64,000 nucleotides of DNA, taken from the IMG/VR virus record IMGVR_UViG_3300032053_000060, positions 3,842-67,841 of that record, one strand, 5' to 3'. The notes under the pieces are model-generated. The model did no database searches and was not told the DNA's origin. It saw only the letters and a list, made by a program, of their open reading frames with translations. Position numbers and translations under genes: made by a program. The stretch is from a virus. Shown here one piece after another: positions 1 to 10,900 of this stretch; the stretch's first letter is position 1; each line of letters begins with the position of its first letter.

Positions 1-3000
1 TATAAAATAATTATAAGTTGTAAAATTATCTAAATTAATATCAGTGTATGTTGTTAACGGACTTTGGACTGATGCGACATTAACCATATCACGATAAATA
101 TCATAACCACTAACTGCAACGTTATCAATTGAAACATCCCATGTTATTTGTATCGATGATGGTGTAATACTTCCAGAATATATTGTTGGATCTGATGGAT
201 TTTCATTATCAAGAGTACGAACTATTAATATATTGCTAATATCTGAAGTATTTCCAAATATATCCATCGAAGAAACTTTATATGAATAATTTGTACCATT
301 TGTTAATGCGACATCATTATAGAATGTGTCTGTTGTAAATGTTTGAAACTCATTATTTTTATACACTGTATAACCACTAACTCCAGCAGTATCAGTAGAC
401 GCATTCCACAATATTTGAATGTCGTATGGAGTTACAGTTCCAGCAGAAATTGACGGAATTGAAGGAGGTACACCATCTAATGTAGTTTGTACTAAAGTAT
501 TACTAAAATCTGAGAAATTATTTGAAGTATCTTTAGCTTTTACTTTATATGTGTACGTAGTATAATTTGTTAATCCAAAATTTACAAAACTAGTTCCAGT
601 GATAGAAGTTATTGGAGTTGTAAATGTATCACGATAAATATCATATCCACTAACTGCAACGTTATCAGTAGACGCGTTCCATGATAAATATATAGACGAT
701 GTAGTAATAGTGTAAGCAGAAATCGACGGAACTGAAGGTGGCGTATTATCCAATGTAGTTAATGATATTTCATTATAGTTGGAGTTATTACCAGCAGCAT
801 CAATTGCTATTACTGAATATACATAAGTAGTTACATCTGCTAATGGAGAATCTGTAAATGTCGTATCAGTCGTAAACCCTACAGGTGTTGGAAATAAATC
901 AAGACGATAAACATAATATCCACTAACTCCAACATTATCGGTCGAAGCATTCCAATTTATTGTAGCAGAAGATATTGTAGTAGTTCCAGCAAAAATTGTT
1001 GGAATTGTTGGAGCTTCGTTATCTAATGTAGTTAATGTTAATGTATTACTAAAATCTGAGAAATTATTTGAAGTGTCTTTAGCTTTAACTTTATACGTAT
1101 ATGATGTACCATTTGTTAATCCAAAATTTACAAAACTCGTTCCAGTGATAGAAGTTATTGGAGTTGTAAATGTATCACGATAAATATCATATCCACTAAC
1201 TGCAACGTTATCAGTAGATGCTGTCCAATGTATAGAAATAACAGTAGCAGTTACCATTGCAGAAGATATTGATGGAGTTGAAGGTGCTATATTATCTAAT
1301 GTAGTAGCTGTTATAGCATTACTAAACACTGAGAAGTTATTAGAAGTATCTTTAGATTTAACTTTATACACATATCGAGTCGTGCTTATTAATCCAGAAT
1401 CTGCGTAACTTGTTCCAACGATAGATGTTATTGGAGTAGTAAATGTATCACGATAAATGTCATATCCGCTAACTGAAACGTTATCAGTTGATGCCGCCCA
1501 ATTTACATAGATTGTGGTAGCTGATATAGTACCAAAAGAAATTGTTGGTGCTGTTGGAGCAGTAGTATCTAACGTGTTTATTATTAAAGTATTACTGAAT
1601 CCAGAATCATTGAATGTTGTATCTTTTGCTTTAACTTTATACGTATATGCTGTACCATTTGTTAATGTGATATCATTATACGTTAAATTAGTCGTAAATG
1701 CGATTGGAGTTACGAAATCATCTCTATAGATAGAATATCCACTGACAGCAGTATTGTCAGTAGATGCATCCCATAATATTTGTGCAGATGTTGCTGATAT
1801 AGTTCCAGCAGAAATTGTTGGAGTTGTTGGAGCATTAGTGTCTAATGTATTTAATGACAACGTATTACTAAAATTTGAGAAATTATTTGAAGTATCTTTA
1901 GCTTTTACTTTATATGTGTACGAATTATTTGCAATTAAGCTATTATCAGTGTAACTTGTGCCAATAATTGATGTTACTGGAGTTGTAAATGTATCACGAT
2001 AAATGTCATATCCACTAACTGAAACATTATCAGTTGATGCTGTCCATAATATATTTGCTGATGTTGGAGTTATTGTACCAGCAGAAATTGAAGGCGCAGT
2101 TGGAGCCACAGTATCTAAAGTAGTAGCCGTTATAGCGTTACTAAATACTGAGAAGTTATTAGAAGTATCTTTAGATTTAATTTTATATATGTAAGTTATA
2201 GCAGATGTTAATCCGATATTATTATAACTGGTTCCAACAATAGATGTTATTGGCGTTGTAAAGGTATTGCGGTAAATATCATATCCACTAACTGCAACGT
2301 TATCAGTTGATGCGGTCCATAATAATTGAACTGATGTAGCAGATACTGTACCAGCAGAAATAACTGGCGTTGAAGGAACTATATTGTCTAAAGTTGTAGA
2401 GCTTATAGCGTTACTAAATACTGAGAAGTTATTAGAAGTATCTTTAGATTTAATTTTATATACGTATTGTGTTGTACTTATTAATCCACTATCAGTATAA
2501 CTCGTTCCGGTGATAGATGTTATTGGAGTTGTAAATGTATCACGATAAATATCATATCCACTAACTGCAACGTTATCAGTTGAAGCATTCCAATGTATAT
2601 TAATAGTTGCTGGAGTTATTGTTCCAGCGGAAATAACTGGAGTTGAAGGGACAACATTATCTAAAGTAGTAGCAGTTATTGCATTACTAAATACTGAGAA
2701 GTTATTAGACGTATCTTTAGATTTAATTTTATATACGTAAGTTGTAGTAGTTATTAGACTAGAATCAGTATAACTTGTACCAACAATAGATGTTATTGGC
2801 GTTGTAAAGGTATTGCGGTAAATATCATATCCACTAACTGCCGTGTTGTCTGTAGACGCATTCCATAATATTTGTACAGAAGTTGCGTTAATAGTTCCAG
2901 CAGAAATAACTGGTGTTGAAGGTGCTACATTATCTAAAGTGTTTATGATTACAGTGTTACTAAATGATGAGAAATTATTAGACGTATCTTTAGATTTAAT

Positions 3001-4930
3001 TTTATATGTATAAGTTACAGATGGAACTAATGTCGTATCAGTATAACTTATGCCAGTAATTGATGTTACTGGAGTTGTAAATGTATCACGATAAATATCA
3101 TATCCGCTAACTGCAACGTTATCAGTAGAAGCAGTCCAACTTATTTGTGCAGATGTTGGAGTTACTGTGCCAGCAGAAATAACTGGTGTTGAAGGAACAA
3201 CGTTATCTAAAGTACTAGCAGTTATAGCATTACTATAAACTGTAGCATTGCCTGATATGTCTTTCGCTTTAATTCTGTAAGTATATGACGTTCCAACCGA
3301 TAATCCAGTATTTGTATAACTCGTATCAGTAGTAGACGCAATATAAACTATAGAACTAGTTCCACGATAAATATCGTAACCACTAATTGCAATATTATCA
3401 GTTGACGCATCCCATAATACTTGTATAGATGATGTAGTTATTGTACCAACGGATATTACAGGAGTTGAAGGCGGCTCATTATCTAGAGTTGATATAGTTA
3501 ATACGTTACTTAACACTGAATAATTTCCATTTATATCAAATACGTCAATCGCATATGTATATTCAGTTCCGTTTGTTAATCCCACATCAGTATAACTATT
3601 GCCAGTGATTGTGGTTATTATAGAATTATCTCTATAAATGTCATATCCAGCAACTCCAAAATTATCTACTGAGGGATGCCACATTATTTGTACAGATGAT
3701 GGAGTAATCGTTCCAGCGGATATTGATGGAAGTGTTGGTGCTAAGTCGTCTGGAGTTATTGCAGTTGCTTCATTACTAAAATCAGAAATATTTCCAGATA
3801 AATCTGTTGCAAATATTTTATACGTATAAGAGTTTCCAATTACAAGTGACATTCTATCTACATAATTTGTAACTGTGGAATTATCACCAGTTGATCGTCC
3901 TACTATATCAAAGGTTATATTATTAATACCATCAGCTCTAAACATCGTATATGTTAACACTGCATATGCTGGTGCAGTCCAACTCAGGTCAATTTCTGAA
4001 GAATTTATTGGTTCTGCAATTAAATCAGTTGGAGGATCCAATATTATTGTAGGTAACGTTACGGTAGAACCTGAAGTTATTTGACTATATGACGAATAAT
4101 TAAACGATTGATCTATTGCTTTTATTCTATATTCGTATGTTGTTCCTGGGGTCAATCCAATATCTGTATATGCGCCAAAATTACTTCCAGTTATGGTTGA
4201 TTCTATTAATGAAATATCATTTTTGATATTTTTAGCTATGACATATCCAATTACACCAGATTCTCCATTAATATTATCAATAGATTTTGTCCATGTTAAA
4301 TATGCAGAAGATATTGAAATTGCTTCTGCTGTTACATTTGTTGGAGTTGTTGGAGATTCTGTATCTAAATCTGATGTTGTAGTAATATTAACAGTATTAC
4401 TAGGTGATGATATATTTCCATAAGTATCTGTTGTTATTATATAATAATCATATGTTGTTCCTGCGGTTAAATTAGTATCAATATACGAAGAGTCTCCGTA
4501 ACTTGGAATAGAATTAACTAATATTCCATCTCTGTATATATAATATCCTAAAACATCAACATTATCAGTAGAATCAGTAAACGATATTAAACTTCTTGTT
4601 TTTGATAATGCAGTTGCGGCAGTTATAACTGGAGCACTTGGAGCGGTAACATCTTTAAACCATAAATATTCTGCACTACTTGGAGATTCGTCGAAATATT
4701 CATTAAATGATTTAACTGTATATGATGCTGATATTGGAGTTGTAATCATAACATCAAAAAATCTTGTAGTATTTTTTGCTCTAACAGTTCCAACTTTTAT
4801 CAAATTTTTATATACATAATATCCTTCAACTTTTTCTTGTACTGGTGATGCTGTCCATTGTATATCAACGCCATAAGCACTAATACCTATGACTGAAGTT
4901 ATAACTGGAGCGGTTGAAGGTGCTGCGGTT
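1..4930 (-). repeat. Array of ~18 tandem FN3 coding repeats (~270-276 nt period in the left part)
   Basis: Recurring D-x-x-x-P-S-T-P...W-x-A-S-T-D-N-V-A-V-S-G-Y-D-I-Y-R...Y-x-Y-K-(I/V)-K-x-K-D-T-S-N-N-F-S; near-identical DNA such as gtatcacgataaatatcatatccactaactgcaacgttatcagt near 630, 1175, 2540 and 3085. Confidence 0.9.
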
Positions 4931-7900
4931 TCAGTTAATGTATAATCTTGTTCATATGCTCCCAAATCTGGAGGATTTAAACGTATATTACCCTCTTTGT
5001 CTAAAATTGGAGTTGATGGTGTAGTTAATCCTACGTTTAATACTGTAGCGCCAGCAGTTGACTTCAAATGTAAATTTTTAACCATACTCCAATTTCTATT
5101 GCCAGTAAACATAAATTTATTACGTTGTGAAGAACTGGTCATATCAATAGTATAATTGTTAGTAAATGGTCCTGCACCCATAGCCACACCACCATTACCA
5201 ATTCCACCATCTACTGAAGTTCCAGTGCTTAATTCAAAATGTTCGGATATATTATTAAATGCGCTACAATTTGTTGAGCCTGCTCCAGTATAAGAACCAC
5301 CGCTATTTTTTTTACCAATTCTAATACCGGGAGGTCTAGATGAAGTACATAATGGACTATATGCTCCAGCAATATGAGGGTCATAATATCCAGAAGTTGC
5401 TCTAATAACAGTATTATTAGCTATTAAACTTCTATCACTACCTTCAAGCCAAATACCAATAGGATGATCGACCATAACAATGTTATTTGTTATAATATGT
5501 CTGTCACCACCATCAAATCCTCCAATTCCTTGAACGTCTGAAAATGGTGCGCCATATGGGAAATAATTACCAGTTATTGAAGTATTACCTGCCCATGCTG
5601 CATAATTTACAATGCCTGATGGAAGGTATGGATTAAAAGGATTTACTAATGATCTAAGTTCATTGTTTTGTACTTTAATATCAGAAACCGTTCCTCTAAA
5701 TTGTATCATATCATTATGATTACTATCTGTGACTTTAAACATTTCTTGAATTTTATTATTTACTATTACTGTACCATTTTGAGTAACGTGCATAGCATCA
5801 GATGTTGCACCTTCTATTATATTACCACTAATAGTAGTAGTATTACCCTTGAAATCTAACATGAATCCAGCATAATTACGTAAGTGGTTTCCTATAAATT
5901 TTGCGTTAGTACATGCTTGAGTAGTAGATGCTGCTAATCCAACTTCAATACCGTTTCCAATTCTTTCCATCCAATATGAACCATATTGAGATGGACTTGT
6001 TCCTCGCAATGTAGTCATTGTAGATTTTTGACTTGGGTAATATCCACTTCCACGTTCAATTACGTTTTGTGCTCCGTATATTGTACAATTTTGTATAGTT
6101 ATATTTGTAGATGCTTTACCCGAATTTGCTAATGCTCCTAAAATAATAGCTTGACTCATTGCAGCATTACCATCACCAGCATTTTGTGATGTCCATGTTG
6201 GGATAAATGCATTTGCTGGCATAAGTTTAGATGTGATTGTAATACCATCAATCGTCCAATTCCAAGCGCCAAAAGTTCTAAGTTTTCCAAAAATTGGAGT
6301 ATGTCCTTGCATTGGAGTTACTAGAACTTTACCACCAGTAATTTGTTGTGTTATATCGGGACAGCCATGATATCCGCGAGCTAAATAAATAGTATCTTCA
6401 GCCTGAAATGATTGTGATGACACAACTTCAGCAAAGGTTTTCCAAGGCGAATTTATAGAACCATCATTAGAATCTTTACCTATTAATGGGTCTATATAGT
6501 ATTCTGTTAATCTAGGACTTGCAGATAACGGAGTGTTTACGGTTGACGAATTGCTAAAGTCAGATTTATTATTTATTACATCTACAGATTTAACTTTGTA
6601 TGTATATGTAGAATCTGATAATAATCCAGTATCGAAATAATATATACCAGATGTATTTACTATAGCTGTTGAAAAATTATTTCTATATAATTCATAAGAA
6701 CTTACTAAACTTCCTCCAACATTTACAGTGGCAGCATTCCATGTTACAACAGTAGAATTAGATCCTGATAATGTTGCCAATAACCCTGTTGGAGCATTTG
6801 GAAATACTATTGGTGAAGGTGTTGTTACTGTTGCACTATTACTATAATTAGAATAATTATTTGCAGCATCTCTTGCTCTAACTTTATAATTATATGTAGT
6901 TAATGGTAATAACAATCCGTCTAAATCATAATAACTTGTCGCTGATATATTTGAAACTGTAACAACATTACTTCCAGATATATCACGAACTAATTCATAA
7001 TCAATAACTGCGACATTATCGCTTGAATTTGTCCAATTTAAATATACTGCTGTTGGCGATATTGTAGTTGCAGATAATGAAGGTGTAGATGGAACTCCAA
7101 TATCAGGAACAATTATAGTTACTAAATTACTAAATTCTGAAACGTTTCCAGAAATATCTTTTGATTTTACACCATATGTATATGCAGACGATCCAGATAT
7201 TGGGGAATTGTCAGTATATTCAGTTATATTACTTGTAAGAGTTACTAAATAATCATATTGGGTATTATTTATATTTCTATAAACATCATAAAAATCAACT
7301 CCAGATGCTCCAACAGTAGGAGCGTCCCAATTCATATAAATTATATTGTTTAAAATACTTACTATTGAAACGTCTAAATTTTCTGGTGAGTTGACTAATT
7401 TATATGTTAATATGGTTGAAATATTACTAAAATCAGAAATATTACCAGCTTGATCTTTTGCTGTAGCCTTATATGTATAATGAGTTTCTGAACTTAATCC
7501 AGAATCATTATACGAAGTTGAACTACTAGGAATTGTCGAAATTAATGTATACTCTGGACCACCAGAATCCATACGATATAAATCATATGCAGTAACACCA
7601 AATCCATAATTATCAGTTGATGCATTCCAAGAAATATATGAACCACTAATAGAAGTAGTAACTGCTGTTAAATTTTCAGGGACAGATGGAGCTACAGAAT
7701 CAAAATCCGATATTGTTGTAACTATAGAATCTGAACTATAATTTGAATAATTATTTGAAGCATCAATGGCTCTTATATTATAAGTGTATTGAGTTCCTTG
7801 AAGTAATCCTGTATCAGAATATGATTCTGTTCCAGATATATTAGGAGTAACGTTGACAAAATTTACACCGTTTCTATATAATGCATATGCAATTACGCCA

Positions 7901-10900
7901 CTACCACTACCATCAGATGATCCAGTCCAAGAAATAATAACTTTAGTTTGTGATAATGCTGAAGTTTGTAAATTAGTTGGTGACGCTGGGGGAGTAGTAT
8001 CGGGAGTTACTACTACAGCATCACTTAACGTAGAAGTATTATAATATTTATCAAAGGCTTGAATTGTATATGTTCCTGCTACTGAAGAATTATATACTAA
8101 GAAATTAGTAACATTTTTTGTTCTAACATTACCAACTTTAACACTATCTTTAAATATATAATATCCATCAACTTTGTCTGCTGAAACCGGAGAAGTCCAA
8201 GATAAATCTGCACCATAACCACTAATAGGTATTACTGTCAATCCTGTAGGTTGACTTGGAGAAGTGATATCTGGAACTCCATTAGAAACTGTATATTCAT
8301 ATGCACCAACATCTGGAGGAACATCTCGTAGAGTTCCATCAGCATCAGTATTTGGAAGATTGCCAGAACTCTTACCAGTATTTAGTAATGTCAACGCACC
8401 AGAAGTTAAATGTGCATTTCTGCGGGCATAACTATAATCATTTGCATAAGAAAAGTTTGCAAAATTTGTTGTATAATCACCAGCATTGTAATTTAATGCT
8501 ATGTTTCCACCACTAATCATATTACTTACTGGTATTACGAAGTTTTCAGCTACGTTATTAAATGCACTAGTTCCATACGTTGGAGAAAGTATTGTTATAA
8601 TTGGAACTTGGACACCAGATTGACTTCCACTTGTAGCTCTAAGTATAGTATTAAAGTTTATTCTACTCTTTGTACCAGCAGTTTTTAAGTATATTCCATA
8701 AGGGTGGTCAATTATTATAATATTATTTTCAATCGATACGTTATATGCAGAAGTACCAGTTGCTGATGGTATAATACCATAAATTCTACCTTCTGGACCA
8801 CTAGCAGCATTCCAAGCTCTACTTAAATGTGCTTGTTTAGGATTTGTAAATGCTATAAATTCATTATTTTTAATATATGAAATTGGATTAGTGCTAGAAG
8901 CTCCTAACAATAACATTCTACCTTCAGTATTATTTCCACTATTAACTGTTGCGAATTTAGTGTGAGCATTTAAAACTTTATTATATTCAAATGTAGCATA
9001 ATCTGATTGTAATGTTACTGCCGCTGTTGAAGTTGTACCTATTGCGAAATCTTCAATTATATTATGACCAATATAAGCACTAGTAGATCCCGAATACGAT
9101 TCTATGCCGCCTATATTGTATAAATGATTTCCTCTAAAAGTATTTCCTAATCCATAATTTTTAATACCAGTACCTATACCAGCTTCTGTTATCCAATTCG
9201 TATCAGTCCAACTTGAAGTATCTTGTGCGCCATATATAGTACAATTTTCAATTGTTATATAACTTGAATTATTACCAACTCCGGTATATGTGGTTACAGC
9301 TTTATTAGCATTAAATATACCAGTTATATCAGCATGTCCAGATGGGGTGTTTGCTCTACTTATTGTTAAACCTTTGAAATTCCATCGATTAGCATTTCTT
9401 AAAGTTAAACTACGAATAACTGGAGTATGTCCAGGCATTGGTAATACATATACATCAGCACTTGCTGCAATATTTCCAGAAGAAATATATGGAGTTCCGT
9501 GGTATCCACGATATAGATAAATTCTATCACCAGGATTAAACGTCTTAGCATTTACAACATCGGCTAACGTATTCCATGGTTGACGTATAGTGCCAGGATT
9601 ATTAATATTACCAATTAATGGATTTACATAAAATTCGGTTTGAGTAGTTGTGACTCCTGCTGATGTTGTTAATGTAATAATGTTACTAAATGATGATTCG
9701 TTATTTGATGTATCTTTTGATTTAACTTTATAAACATATTCAGTATTATCAATTAATCCAGTATCAGAATATGATAATCCTGTAGTAAATGCGATTGGAT
9801 TAACGAAAGAATTTCTATATACATTATATCCACTAACAGCAACGTTATCAGTAGAGGCGTTCCAAGATAACGATATTGACGACGATGATGACACTTGACC
9901 AGATAATGAAGGAGTAGTTGGTCCTGTTATATCACTGGTAATTGGAACAGTTGTAGTTGCGGTAATAGAATTGCTGTAAACAGATTCATTATTTGAACTA
10001 TCAACGGCTGCAACATTGTAAATATAAGGAGTATTTTGAGTTAATCCAATATTTAAATAAGACAATCCAGTTACAGAAGTTATGATTGACGAATTTCTAT
10101 AAACATTATATGAAACTACAGCAACGTTATCGGTCGAAGATGTCCATATTAAATTAACTGAGGTTGGAGTAATTGTTCCTGTTGATAATACTGGAGAAGA
10201 AGGTAGCTCTGTATCAGTTGTGGTATCATAAGAAACATCGCTAAAATTTGATATATTTCCTAATCCGTCTAATGCTCTAATTTTATAATAATATGTTACA
10301 CCAGAATTTAATCCAGTATCATTCACATCATTGCTATTGTACGCAATACCAGATAGCCTTAATGAAAATCCACTTGTATCAGAAGTTAAACTTGAATATA
10401 TGTTATAACTACCATTACTATCAATATCTGTAGTTGCATCCCAAGATATTGATATACTGTTAGGTCCAGAATTTATAACTGCAAAGTTTTGTGGTATTTG
10501 TAAAGTTCTACCAGTTGTTATAGTTTGGGTGGTACTATATGCTGAAGTATTTCCAGATAAATCAAAAGATTTAACTTTATAAGTATAAACAATATTTTCA
10601 GATAATCCAGTATCAGTATAATAATTTTGAGTTGATCCAGTTATTTCTATTAAATTTCTTGCTAATATATAACCAGCTAATCCAACTCCACCAATATTAT
10701 CAGTTGAAGCATTCCACGTTATATATGTGCTAGTTGAAGATAATGTTGATACTGATAATCCAGTTGGAACAGAAGGGGCAACTAAATCTTCTGACGATGA
10801 TGTTATTATATTTACAATATTACTAGCATCTGATAAATTATTATAAGCATCTTTTGCTTTTAATGTGTAATTATATGAAGAATTTGAAACTATGGTTGTA

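Noticed and set aside
1-4930. Regularly spaced DNA repeats suggesting a CRISPR array or DGR template/variable repeats
   Set aside because: Period ~270 nt, in-frame, degenerate at codon third positions; no cas or reverse transcriptase gene and no adenine-specific mismatch pattern noticed
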